Shown: positions 33,138 through 44,800 of the stretch, in pieces
How the letters are laid out: every line of letters starts with the position of its first letter
Numbering within the stretch: the stretch's first letter is position 1
Source of the DNA: Heteronotia binoei
Taxonomy: Eukaryota
Direction: 5' to 3'
Assembly (NCBI RefSeq): GCF_032191835.1
Contig: NC_083223.1
Coordinates: forward strand, 254,448,001-254,512,000
Length of the DNA: 64,000 bases
The notes under the pieces: model-generated
What the model was told of the DNA's origin: nothing
What the model saw: the letters and a program-made list of their open reading frames with translations, nothing else
Database searches by the model: none
Position numbers and translations under genes: made by a program

Positions 33138-34077
33138 GTAAGGGAACACTTGTCCTTTGAAACAGCCTTATACTGAAACAAACCGTAGGACCATCAAGGT
33201 CAGTAGCATCTACTTGCAGCAGCTCTCCAGGGTCTCATGTAGAGGTCTTTTCTATCACTAATTCCCTTTTTTTTTGTGTACCCTGTATTTGTGTGTGTAT
33301 ATGTGTGCATGCATGTCTGGAAGTCATGGCAACTTCTGATGACCCCTACTAGGGCATGGAAGATGTTCAGAGAGGTGGCTTGATACACATTTTGCCTATG
33401 CCTCCCAGTCCTGGTATTCCAAGGATGTCTCCCATCCAAGTCCTTGCCAGGGCTGGCCCTGCTTAGCTTTTGAGATCTGACAAGATCTGGCTTGCCTGGG
33501 CTACCCAGGTCAGGACCTACCTAATTCCTTTTTAACTGGAAATTAAACCAGGGATCTTCTGAAACAGAGGAGGCACATTCAGTGCTTGCAGCCACAGGTT
33601 GTCCAAGTGATTCTCGCAATTCCCCAAAAAGGTGATTGCACAATCCATGACAAGCAATAAATGCTACTTTGTTTTTTCCAGTGGGTACTTTTTCATGATT
33701 TCTGTCTCATCGCAGTTCCAGTAGAAACACTGCAGATCTCATAGCAGGCAGGCTCAGAAAAGCATAGTTTAGTGAGACTTCAGATCAGCCCCCAACAACA
33801 ATCTACTTGGTTTCATATTGCAAACTGCTTCTCAAACTTATTTCAGAAGTGATTCTTTATGCATCCCTATGGTGGAAGGCAGGGGGGCCTGGCATGACTT
33901 GGTCCATTGGGTCGCAAAGAGTCGGACTCGACTGTGTGACTGAACAGCAAAAAAAATACAGAACATCTCTCATCTTCATCTAAGAGCTTCTTTTACACAC
34001 AGCTACACAGGGCAATACAATAGGAAAGGTGATGCTCTTCTCTGAATCTCAAAGATGCCTACTTTCTGCACATTCAG

Positions 34078-34244
34078 GGTCATCACCAGCAACCTGGTAC
34101 CACTTCCCTGGTTCTGATCGAGCCCAGAAGAGAGTTGGTCATCGCACCTGCCTTTGGAATGACAAGCTCTACCTCGTTGGGGGATTTGGGTCTGATGGCA
34201 AGACACCCTGCCCAGAGATCTGCGCTTTAGAGATCTCTGTGTGA
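34078..34244 (+). CDS. KLHDC9: KLHDC9 last coding exon (..GHRTCLWNDKLYLVGGFGSDGKT..ISV*)
   Basis: ttcag|GG acceptor; TGA stop; homology. Confidence 0.92.
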
Positions 34245-34346
34245 AGAAGACAAGGCGCCCATGCTGTTCAAGTGAGCCTCTGACCTCAAGTCTGCCAAAG
34301 AGCTCCTCTGCCTCAGTGGGGGAAGGCTGCCCTTCATTTACATGAA

Positions 34347-34352
34347 AATAAA
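34347..34352 (+). terminator. KLHDC9 polyadenylation signal
   Basis: First AATAAA, about 100 nt after the stop. Confidence 0.65.
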
Positions 34353-34800
34353 ACCACCCCCACCCCATCCGAGCTTGTCAAACAAGCTTCTCTGGTCTTT
34401 CTACAGGGAATGGGGAGCAGGGCTGATCCAAATGGCTGATGCTGCAAAGAAAATGCCTAAGTTTAAGGGGAGAAACTATTTCGAATTTAGGAATAAAGTT
34501 TTATCAAGTTGAAGGCTTGCTCGCAGCTTTGTAAAATCTGAGACTGATCCACTTGGGAAATACACATGTGAACAGTCTCAATGCTGTGAGCGTGGAGATC
34601 ACAGAAAATTGTGCAGCTAACAAACTCCACATGAGAAAAGCTGAATTCTTCAAACTATATAATGTACACGTGTGATTTCACTTGTTTTAAAGGCTATTGC
34701 CCATTTACAAGAACTCTTAGCCAAGTGAATGGGACTTTATATGAAAAATTTGAAGGAGAAAATAGAAGTTTCTAGTTAACACGTTATCTTTCAGCAAGAT

Positions 34801-35011
34801 GGGTAGCCGTTTTAGTCTGTCTGTAGCAGTAGAAAAAGTGCAGGACTCCATTAGCACCTTAAAGACTAACAAAATTTTTGGCAGGGTATGAGCTTTCATG
34901 AATCGCTGCTCACTTCTTCAGATAACGTGAGCAGTCACTCACAAAAGCTCATACCCTGGCACAAATTTTGTTAGTCTTTAAGGTGCTACTGGACTCTTGC
35001 TCTTTTCTACT
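34801..35011. mobile_element. Inverted pair of Penelope-like pseudo-LTR fragments (hairpin)
   Basis: Arms about 34828-34913 and 34927-35011; hammerhead core on the minus strand at 34887-34924. Confidence 0.65.
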
Positions 35012-35958
35012 ATCTTAGAGCAAACCTCACTGAAGAGGCATTTCATCCTGAGAGGAAAGGGAGAATGCCTTTAAGACATGCTTCATTTGTAAAGAACATG
35101 TATCTTTAAAAAAAATGTGCAGTGTTGTCTGATAAATTGGGGACACTTTTTTTTAGTCTATTAAAATGTGCTCAGTAAATTAATGTAGCCAGTGACCAAT
35201 TGTCAAGGCCTTCATTTTGCTCAATTCCATGGAATAATTTTAATCTTAAATATTAACTCTCAATCTTAAATTATATGGCAAAATTCTGCTGCAATTAAAA
35301 AAGCTATGCAAGTGTCTTGGCAAGTGACAGAGCTAAGAGGCACACAAAAACCTTGCCATTCATATGCAGCAACCATCTGTGCCATCAAAGGGGCTATAAA
35401 CGGGGGTTTTTGTAATAAACTTGAAACTGAGAAAATGAAAAACCAACTATCAAGTTGTTCTAATTCTGTGCTCATGCAAAACTGCAACATACACAGTTTT
35501 ACTTACAGAGAATGAGCCCACAGTCTGCTATTCTCACTGTTTCCTGCCTGTGAGAGAAGTTTTCCAGACCAGCTAGCAGAGATCCTTTTAAACCAGAGCT
35601 GCTACAGGTTCAACTTGGAACTTTGGGAATATAGATCTTTTGCTCTACCACTGAACAAGTAACCTATTAAGCAAATTTTGATAAGACTAAAAAAAAGTGT
35701 CCCCATTAATCAGACAGCACAGTGTACATTTTGTTTTTATATTGTTCTAATCTTTTGTATGTTTTTAACAATGGGTTTTTTTTTACTATAATTGCTTTAT
35801 TGTAATTATTTTTGAATATGTTGTACATCACCCAGAGCCATGCTATGGCAGGGATTGGGCGATCCATAAATTTAATCACTCTATCATAGGAAGAGAAGGT
35901 GATCCAGTGCCACTGCCCACTATCGCACAGGCCCAAATCAAGTGACGCACAAAAACTG

Positions 35959-35964
35959 TTTATT
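35959..35964 (-). terminator. PFDN2 candidate polyadenylation signal
   Basis: AATAAA on the minus strand about 137 nt after the stop. Confidence 0.5.
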
Positions 35965-36100
35965 TTAACAAAAATATTGTAAAGAGTGGACACCAAAATA
36001 ATAATAATAATAATAATATTAAAATTAAGCCTTTAAGATCAAGAACTGCAACTATGGAGCGAGAGTTGGAAAGTCCTTAGAGAGTGGGCCCCTCCTCTCC

Positions 36101-36280
36101 CTAGGAGACCAAGACCCCTGCAGAGCTGGCTTTGGCACCTGCCCCCTCGGGACTTTCCTTGGAAGGAGCTTTCTGGTCATCCTCGCCCATCAAACGAATG
36201 TTGTGCTTTTCCCGGAATTCATTCAGCTCCCGGCCTTTTGTTTGCAGCTGCTGGCTCAGCGACTCTATGATCTTGCTGAT
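36101..36280 (-). CDS. PFDN2: Prefoldin subunit 2, exon 4 (ISKIIESLSQQLQTKGRELNEFREKHNIRLMGED..ASSAGVLVS*)
   Basis: cacag|ATC acceptor; TAG stop; C-terminus matches PFDN2. Confidence 0.95.
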   Translation of the reverse strand: MSKIIESLSQQLQTKGRELNEFREKHNIRLMGEDDQKAPSKESPEGAGAKASSAGVLVS

Positions 36281-36558
36281 CTGTGGGACCAAAGCAGAGC
36301 AGGGAAGGAGAGTCAGGATGAGTAGCTGGACAGGTGAAGAGGTCTCTACAGGAATGGCAGAGGGGAGACTTCCTTTCCTGGACACTCCATCTAGGGATAA
36401 TGCCAGGGCATTTTGTATGTTTCACTGACATGTGGTGAGGCAAGCCTTTGTGTGACTATTTATGATCCCAGATAGGGGTGAAGCTTGTGGGATATCATTT
36501 ATAAAGGAGACAGAAGGAATCATGTATTGGTTCAAATATACCACAGTCCTTCACTTTG

Positions 36559-36833
36559 CTAGTTTGATGTAGTGGTTAAGTGTGCAGACTCTTATCTGGG
36601 AGAACTAGGTTTGATTCCCCGCTCCTCCACTTGCACCTGGTGGAATGGCCTTGGGCTAGCTATAGCTCTCACAGAGTTGTCCTTGAAATAGCAGCTTCTG
36701 TGAGAGCTCTCTCAATCCCACCCACCTCACAGGGTATCTGTTGTGGGAGAAGAAGATAAGGAAGTTTGTAAGCCACTCTGAGACTCCAATTTAGAGAGAA
36801 GGGCCGGGTATAAAGCTACGGTCTTCCTCTTCT
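36559..36833 (+). mobile_element. Squam3-like SINE
   Basis: Same head and body as the 10576-10851 copy. Confidence 0.7.
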
Positions 36834-37021
36834 GTGCTGTCAAAAAAAAAGGGCCTCTGTTTTACATGTGTCTGCCAGGGATTGTGAAAGTGGGGGTCAC
36901 AAATACATCCTTCCACATGTTAAGTTTTAAAAATGTGCACTGGAAGTATTAGGAAACATATTTGCATCACAGAAATAAGTGGTGGCAAGGAAAGAATGGT
37001 AGGTAAGTTACAAGGCAGAAG

Positions 37022-37232
37022 ACAAGAGTCACTTTAAAAGACAATAATGCTAGGAAAATTTGAAGGCAGTAGAGAAGAGGAAGACCCATCATGAGATTGG
37101 TTGACTTAAAGAAGCCATGGCTCTCAGTCTGCAAAACCTGAATGAGGCTGTCAATGATAGGATGTTTCAGAGGGCATTAATTCATAGGGTCGCTGTAAGT
37201 CAGAAGCAACTTGATGGCACTTAACACACACA
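37022..37232 (+). mobile_element. BovB/RTE-type LINE 3' end
   Basis: ACAATAATGCTAGGAAAA..GGGTCGCTGTAAGTCAGAAGCAACTTGATGGCAC tail. Confidence 0.55.
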
Positions 37233-37427
37233 AGTTACAAGCGTGCCATTCTTTATGAACTGTTTGAAAATGGGCACTGATTCAATTGCCTCTGTCAACT
37301 ACCAGTCACCAGTAGGAGACTGGGTAGAATGTTCTTGTAAATTGGGATGAGGGAGAGACTAACAACATTTTGGTCTAAGGGACCTGCAGGAAATTTGAAA
37401 CCTCCTTACTTTGAACAGAGACATTAC

Positions 37428-37551
37428 CTGCTCTTTGTTGTTTTCTAAGGCGGGAAGAACCTCCTTGACAGTGCGTTCCACTAACACTCCCCCCACCATC
37501 CGGTAGCACTTCCTGGTAGGATCCACCTCCCGGAGAGTTTCAATAACCAAC
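37428..37551 (-). CDS. PFDN2: PFDN2 exon 3 (LVIETLREVDPTRKCYRMVGGVLVERTVKEVLPALENNKEQ)
   Basis: cacag|G acceptor, CAG|gtaatg donor; 124 nt. Confidence 0.96.
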
Positions 37552-38243
37552 CTGTGAAGAGAAAGAAATATGGAAGATGGGTGTGTCCTGCAACAGCCTG
37601 CAACAGACATCCCTCGATCTAGAAATCCACCCAGCTAAGAGCCACGGATGTCAGGAGCCCTCCAGCCACAGAGGAAAGAATTTCTGCTTAATGCCCTGCA
37701 GCCAAAAGAAGGTTGCATCACTCGCCGCTTTTCTATCACACAGTAAAGGGTGCAAGGAGGCATCAGAGATACAAGCTAGGGTCACTAGGAGTACTTTGGG
37801 TAGTTTATTATAGAGTTTTACAGCCTGCACTTACAAAATAGAATTTCAAAGAAGATTTTAAGAAACAATAAAAACATCAATACCCAGAGAAATGGTGAAA
37901 TAAAAAATCTGAATGACCGGCAAAAGTCTATAGCCTTCCCACTCCAATCTAGAGGCTAACTTCCAAAAACTAACTGGAAGAGGAAAGCTGTCCTCTTTGC
38001 ACAGCCAGGCAGGGCACTTCAAAGCAGCAACAGAGAAGGTCCTGTTTCTCGCAGAGGTCAATCTGGCCTCTATGTAACCTGGTACTTGAGGCTGGACCTT
38101 TCCTGATGATCTCTGATCATGTGCTTATGTTAGTTCTGTGCAAGAGCTAACATCCCCCTAAGATAGGATCCAAACTATGCATTCAGCAGAATGAGACAGA
38201 GGCAAAGTCCAGAGGGAATAGAACAAAGAGTATTGTTTTACAC

Positions 38244-38856
38244 CAAGGGTGTCAAAACATGCAGTTCAGGGGCCGAATCAGGTCCCCGGAGGGCTCCTAT
38301 CAGGCCCCCAAGCAACCAGCTGTCATCTGCTTTCTTCTACCTATATCTTGCTTCCTTCTCCATAACAGTTTGCTTTGCAAGGCTTGCTCAACTGCACAGG
38401 AGCTACAGAGCAAAACCTCTATTTTCTCCATTGGCTGAGGCTCCTCCCTTGGGGAGGAATAGCTTGCTTTGCCAGACTCTCTCAATTGCACAGCAGAGCT
38501 ACTGAGCCAAGCCTCTCTTCTATTGACTGAGGTTCCTCCTCCCCAGTCCCCTGGGGAAGGCAGAAAAGAGCCAGAGCTTCCTTTGCCCAGTTTACAGGAT
38601 CCCATGGGAGAAATACAAAGAAAGTATCTTTAAGACCAATGAGTGCTAACATTTAAAGCAGGTTTTAAGTTTTTTTTAAAAAAAATACATTTGTGTTTGT
38701 GTTCTTTATAAAATTTATATCTCTGCTACCTAATCTTAAATAGGTACACACATGTCCAAGCTTGACATGACCTGGCCCAACCTTACACGGCCCGGCCTAA
38801 CAAGATCTCATTTATATCAGATCCGGCCCGCATAACAAATGAGTTTGACACTCTGT
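38244..38856. mobile_element. hAT (Charlie-like) non-autonomous element
   Basis: GGGTGTCAAAAC..GAGTTTGACAC; second copy at 57327-57910. Confidence 0.7.
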
Positions 38857-39147
38857 CGTAGACTATGGATGTGGGATCATATTTCTGAAAGTCTTCAGGT
38901 GTTAATAACAAGTCTCCCTGCAAGCAGAAAACTAGCACAGCAGAAATCTGGCTGGGACACAATGTCTCTCCCAAATGTGCTGTTAGTGGAACCAGAGCAT
39001 GCTCCTCCATATCATCTCCCACTGCAGCATTGCAGCCCACTCAACCACCTCATTGTAGTACACACAGATCAGTAGTCAAAGGAAAGCAACGACACAATAA
39101 AACTGTAAAGAACAACTATACTTTTAAAATCCCTGCCCAATACATAC

Positions 39148-39236
39148 TTGTGTTCGTTCAGCTCTATCTCCAGCTCAGCTGCCTTGGAGGCCAGGCTGCG
39201 CTGTTCCTGACGCAGGCGGTTAAATCCAGCCACCAC
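39148..39236 (-). CDS. PFDN2: PFDN2 exon 2 (VVAGFNRLRQEQRSLASKAAELEIELNEH)
   Basis: atag|GTG acceptor, AA|gtatgt donor; 89 nt. Confidence 0.95.
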
Positions 39237-40361
39237 CTATAAGGAGAAAATCAGTTGCAGGCTGAAACACCCTCCTCCACTCCAAGCAGCAACCCAATTT
39301 AATCACACAAGGGCTGGTTTTTTTACATTAGTCCTTTCTGTCCCCCCCCCGCCCCCGTTTCTCTTTCTCCCATCAAACTTCATCTCTGTGTTTTAGCAAC
39401 CGGGCTTAATTGTACTGATATTGCTGATAAGCTTGCTTGACACTGGTGCGAGACTTCCACAACAGCCAAAGAGAAGGATTCGGTTTGTGGGTCCTTGGAA
39501 CAACTGTTCACTGCCTTGTCTCATGGTTCCTTGCCTTTCCCTTCACAATCCACAAAGGGATAACACATTGGACATTTGATGGTTTCAAACACTGACTGCA
39601 TCCACACAGACTCCCCCCCCCCCCCCATTTCCAAACTGCTTTACTTTTGGACCATTCACACAATGTCATTCTATAACTATCTTTTCCCCAGGCATTCTCT
39701 GTCCTCAATATGTTCTTTCTCAAGTTTGATTGGAAGTGATCCAGAAAGAACACCAATCCAAGCATGGTAGCAAGCCATCTGAATGGAGAGGTGTACATTT
39801 TCAAAGGGCTTGTTCACATCAGTGCCATTTTCCCTCCATCAGCCTCAAGTGTTCCATTTTCCCTCCTGCTCCACCAAGGGGTTTTAAAAACAAACTACAA
39901 ATAATTACTACTACTACTACAAATAAATTTTATTTATATCCCGCCCTCCCCGCTGAAGCAGGTTCAGGGCGGCTAACAGGACATGGTATATACCATGATA
40001 TTGTATAAAACAATTATACTATTCCCCCACACAGCAATAACGTGATAATCTAGTGTCACCGTCTACTAGTTCCTCTGAATTCCTTTAATCTTTTATTTTT
40101 AATGAAAACTGTGAACTCAGAAACCCTAGTTGCTCATGGCAACAGATAGTCATGAATTTTTAAAAATCCTCTAGTACCATGGAAGGGAGAAAATGCAGCA
40201 TAAATTGCAGCTGACCAATAAAAGTATGTGCAAAACCCCTGTGTGGATGCTGCAACGTCAGTGTGCAGTGCAGTCATATCCATGAGGAGAGGAAAATAGT
40301 ATTCTTACAGGACAGATGCAGCTCTTGTCAACCATCCAGTTAGCAGACCACACCATTTGAC

Positions 40362-42642
40362 GGGACGTACTAAAACTCGGAACAGCGCCTGCCCATAGAC
40401 TATACACGCCTGCCCATAGGGAATAATGGGGACCACATTTCACCACAGGGAAAAAGAGAAATTCACCTAAGGACACCCCTTTCCCATAGACTACACATGC
40501 CTGCCCATAGAGAAAGCACACCTGCTCATAGGAAATAATGGGGACCACACTAGCCCTTAGAAGAAAATGGAAATTAAGCTTCACCTAAGCATAGCGCCTG
40601 CCCACAGAGAAAGCACACCTGCCCATAGGGAATAATGGGGACCACATTTCACCACAGGAAAAAGGCATATTAAGCTCGGTCTAAGGACACCCCTTGCTCA
40701 TAGACTATACACGCCTGCCCATAGAGAAAGCACACCTGCCCATAGGAAATAATGGGGACCACACTAGCCCTTAGAAGAAAATGGAAATTAAGCTTCACCT
40801 AAGCATAGCGCCTGCCCACAGAGAAAGCACACCTGCCCATAGGGAATAATGGGGACCACATTTCACCACAGGAAAAAGGCATATTAAGCTCGGTCTAAGG
40901 ACACCCCTTGCTCATAGACTATACACGCCTGCCCATAGAGAAAGCACACCTGCCCATAGGAAATAATGGGGACTACATTTCATCATAGAGAAAAAGGGAA
41001 ATTAAGATTTTACTTTCGTCCAAGTTTTCCCTCCTGAGAATTCCTAGGACTTCTTCCATGGGAAGATCAACTGCACGACCTGTCATATATGGATTGTTAA
41101 TTAAGCACTTATCTGTATCATTGCTATCTGTCATGTTGATAATTCAGGGACCACTTCACAGCTCCCTTGGAATCCAAAAATACAATGTCCAGCCAGTAGA
41201 AGGTGCAGAACAGCAAAGTCAAAGGTCATCCACAACTATACATAGTCTGAATATCTGACTGCAAAGGCCAACATGTGCAGAAATGACCTACTCCTAGTCA
41301 GCAGAGAACACAGCAAGCAGAGTTTTCAAAAGAGAAACCTAGAATATAAACTTTAAGTTCCTAATTAGTAGCTAAGCAACAGCACCCCGTACCCCTCTTG
41401 GGTAGTTGCTGGAGACCTTGACCTCTGGCTTCTGCACTGTGATTTATTACTATTGTTCTCCCAACAAGCAGGGCTTTCTGCAGCACTTTTTGGATTTGTT
41501 GGTGTTCTCTATCATGGGAAATAAGCTATTGACTGTTGTGAATTTGGTGATGTTCCCTTATTGAGATTTATTGCTATTTTGACATCGCCCCTCAAAGTAG
41601 AGCAACATCTTCAGTTAACCTCCAGTTTTCCTTAATCTACACTGTGCACTGAACAACAGTGATGTTCACCGAAGAATAAAGAAAGCTGGACTTTCAGATG
41701 GACTCTTGAAATTAGAGGTGCCATGTTGCCCAGTAAGCCGCTCATCTCAATCAGTGCCAGGGTAGCCTGTTAGGCGAACAGGGACAACGGAGAGATATGC
41801 AGGAGAAGAAGAATTGAAGTTGGAGGTGCTGGGAAGGGGAGCCACTCTGTGCCCCACCGCAACTGCCCACAGGAGGTGGTGACAAGAACACTAGCAGAAA
41901 GAACAAAATGGAAAGACAGCAGGGAGGATCTAGGTTGTTGGAATGAAGGAGGAGCTCTTTGTTCCATGCTCAGCGCCATTTAGATAATCACAGATTAGGT
42001 GTTTCCATGTGTGAGTGAGGAGATCAGATATTTTGGTAACATGAACGCCATTATTCCCTCTGGCCAAGCTGGCTCTCCATTATTCCTCATAGGCAAGTGC
42101 ACTTCTAATTCGTCCCTATTGGAGATTATGCATTATCTATTGGAAATCATATATTATGTAAGGGCAATAGCTCTCCATACTGGCCATGTGAGGACTGCAA
42201 TGTTTATAGAGAGAAGCTTTGGACACAACTATACATAGTCTGAATATCTGACTGCAAAGTCAAATGTGTCAAATGTGCTCTCCCTTATTGCCTATTGAAA
42301 AACCTGGTCTAAAGTACTCCCAGAGAAAAAGTAATCTCTATTATATTCCCTATGGGCAGGTGTGCTTTCTCTATAGGCAGATGTGTATAGTCTATGGGCA
42401 AGGGGTGTCCTTAGGCCAAGCTCAATTTCCCTTTTCTCCTATGGTGAAATATAGTCCCCATTATTCCCTATGGGTAGGTGTGCTTTCTCTATGGGCAGGT
42501 GTATATAGTCTATGGGCAGGCACTGTGCTTAGGTGAAGCTTAATTTCCCTTTTCCCTATGGTGAAATGTGGTCCCCATTATTTCCTATGAGCAGGTGTGC
42601 TTTCTCTATGGGCAGGCGCTATTCCAAGTTTTAGTATGTCCC
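40362..42642. mobile_element. Foldback/Mutator-like DNA element with long modular inverted arms
   Basis: 38-bp terminal inverted repeats GGGAC(G/A)TACTAAAACT.. with 3 mismatches; 9-bp TSD CCATTTGAC (40353-40361, 42643-42651); arms built from tandem modules. Confidence 0.8.
40499..40975. repeat. 214-bp higher-order tandem repeat (about 2.2 copies) within the left arm
   Basis: CTGCCCATAGAGAAAGCACACC at 40501, 40715 and 40929; CTAAGCATAGCG at 40585 and 40799. Confidence 0.9.
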
Positions 42643-43549
42643 CCATTTGACAGCAGCAAAATACTCCAAAAACATGAGAAAGATGGAAAGTGTTCCTTAT
42701 TGTTTCATTATGACCAAACCTATTCTCAACTGACCCAAAAGCCAACCCAAGCCTTCCAGCTTCAGAATACTTTCTTTCTACCCTCATCTTCCTCACCATC
42801 TTAAAACCTTACACAGCCTGTTTTGCTATAGATCCCTAGAGTGAGATCTAATTTATTTATTACCTGAAGATACTTATAGTTGCCAGAGATGCTCACTGCT
42901 TTATTATAGCCTGAAAAAAGTACCAGCGACGAGGACTGCTATTTACAAGAGACTCTGGCTTAAATGAAAACTTCTAAGTTTTGCTAACACTCACAGGACC
43001 TCTTTTTTACCTGCATTTAAACTCCCCCAGAAACAGAGAAACAAATAAGCAGCCAAATGTGCTTGCTCAGTGTTAACACAATGTGTTGACGAGTACTTTT
43101 CCGTTCAACACAACCTCATATCTTCCAGAATCATTCAAAATAGATTCAGGCTTACACGTACACACTGCACAGCCCCACTCCTTTTCTCAAAGACCTCACC
43201 TATCCCACGGCTATCCAAAACTGTCTTTCTAAGCCTGCAAACATTCGACCACAATCCCTTCCCCTCGATTTCAAAAGCCCGTCACTGCAGATCGGCCTTG
43301 ATTACATCATGCTCCCACACTCTGCACATGCCCAAAGGAGCTCCCGTCTTTCCTCTGAAGTCACAGCTAAGCAACACTATGGAAGGGTCCGGCTTATATT
43401 GGATCCTGCGTACCATACACAGGGAGTGAGCCGTGATTTACGCCCCGCCCTGCACTTTGTCTATGCCCAGAGGCACGCCACCCCACGGCTTCTCCAAGCT
43501 TGCCTCTCCTTTTGACTCCCCTCCCTCCTTCGCCTGCCCCGTTCAGCAC

Positions 43550-43651
43550 CTGCTCCGCTGTCAGTGGCTTGGCGGCACCTCCGGCTGCAGCACCGCCTCC
43601 CCCACCGGAAGGAGCCGCCGGGCCGCTTTTGCTCTTGCCGCTCTCCGCCAT
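43550..43651 (-). CDS. PFDN2: PFDN2 exon 1 (MAESGKSKSGPAAPSGGGGGAAAGGAAKPLTAEQ)
   Basis: AAGATGGCG start context in a CpG-rich region; CAG|gtgctg donor; in frame with exon 2. Confidence 0.9.
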
Positions 43652-43699
43652 CTTCCCTCAGCCCAACCGAAGAAGAAACACACCGAGCGAAGTTAACGG

Positions 43700-43800
43700 C
43701 ACTCGAACTTCCGGGGATTGGAGCCCACGAGAGCCCTCATGACCGGAAGTCTCGTTGTCTGCGTCCCTCACAGATTCACTTCCGGGACGCCGCTTCCGGT
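43700..43800. promoter_or_regulatory. CpG-rich PFDN2(/NIT1) promoter with four ETS/GABP-type sites
   Basis: ACTTCCGG 43707 and 43778, ACCGGAAGT 43742, GCTTCCGG 43792; inverted CCAAT near 43716. Confidence 0.75.
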
Positions 43801-43855
43801 CTTATAACTTTTCACTTCTACATCTTTAGAAGTCAGTCTTCGCGTGTGCATGGAC

Positions 43856-44440
43856 ATACGAAAGTTTACAATCTGAATAAAACGTTGCTGGTCTTAAAGG
43901 GGCAACGGGACTCCTACTTTGTTCTACTGCTTCAGACCAACACGGCTGCCCACTTGGATCTATCCCTAGAAGTAGAAAAGAGCAGGAGTCCAGAAGCACC
44001 TTAAAGACTAATACAATTTGCGGCAGGGGAGGGGCTTTCGTGACTCACGGCTGATTTTTTCAGATACAGCTAGAATGTACATTGTAGGATGTAGCTGTAT
44101 CTGAAGAACTGAGCAGTGACTCGCGGAATCTCCTGCCCTGCCACAAATTTTGTTAGTCTTTGAGGTGCTACTGGCCTCTTGCTCTTTTCTACTCTAACAG
44201 GGCTACCCATCTCGAGCTGTCCCTACCCAAATCAAAGGTTTGCTCAATTTGTTAATTTTGCTATTCTGTCATGGGCAAAAACAATTTTGCATTCTACACC
44301 ACTGCCTGCCAGCTGTATGTATTTCAGTTCACTGTACCCCATTCCTGCCTCGTCTGAAGAAGTGTGCATGCACACGAAAGCTTACATTCTGAATAAAACT
44401 TTGTTGGCCTTAAAGGTGCACTGGTCTCCTACTTTGCCCT
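43856..44440. mobile_element. Cluster of Penelope-like pseudo-LTR fragments including an inverted pair (43971-44193)
   Basis: Repeated GCACCTTAAAGAC(T/C)AAC..AGCTTTCGTG motifs in both orientations; hammerhead-like core at 44352-44385. Confidence 0.6.
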
Positions 44441-44622
44441 TAGGAGGATACTGGTTGTATTATTAATTAAAAATATACTCGCGAAGTTCTGATTTCCTGC
44501 AATACTTTCAATATTCCCATCTTTATTAAGAGAGTTAAGAATTACACTCTGTAGATAAGCGAAAATAAGTAAACTGAAAATGTCGGGAAGAAACCAACGA
44601 AGCCGGTGCAGGCGCCGACTGT

Positions 44623-44800
44623 GGTAACCATTTCCCGTCTTGTTGAGATCTAACGTCGCCATTTTTGTTGAGGGTTTATTCTGGCCTATGGTTACCTTGT
44701 GTCGCCATCCTAGCTAAGGGACCCCATGTATTCTATGGCATAGGGCGTTCTGTCGGCCATTTTTTTTACGGGTAACTTGGACTAGGAAGAGCCATCTTTG
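44623..44800. promoter_or_regulatory. YY1-motif cluster, candidate NIT1 promoter/first-exon region
   Basis: CGCCATTTT 44657, CGCCATCC 44703, GGCCATTTT 44755, GCCATCTT 44791; locally CpG-rich. Confidence 0.45.

Noticed and set aside
40380-41005. Repeat-and-spacer look resembling a CRISPR array
   Set aside because: The intervening segments are themselves repeated (214-bp period), the DNA is eukaryotic, there are no cas genes, and the array is one arm of a TIR element.
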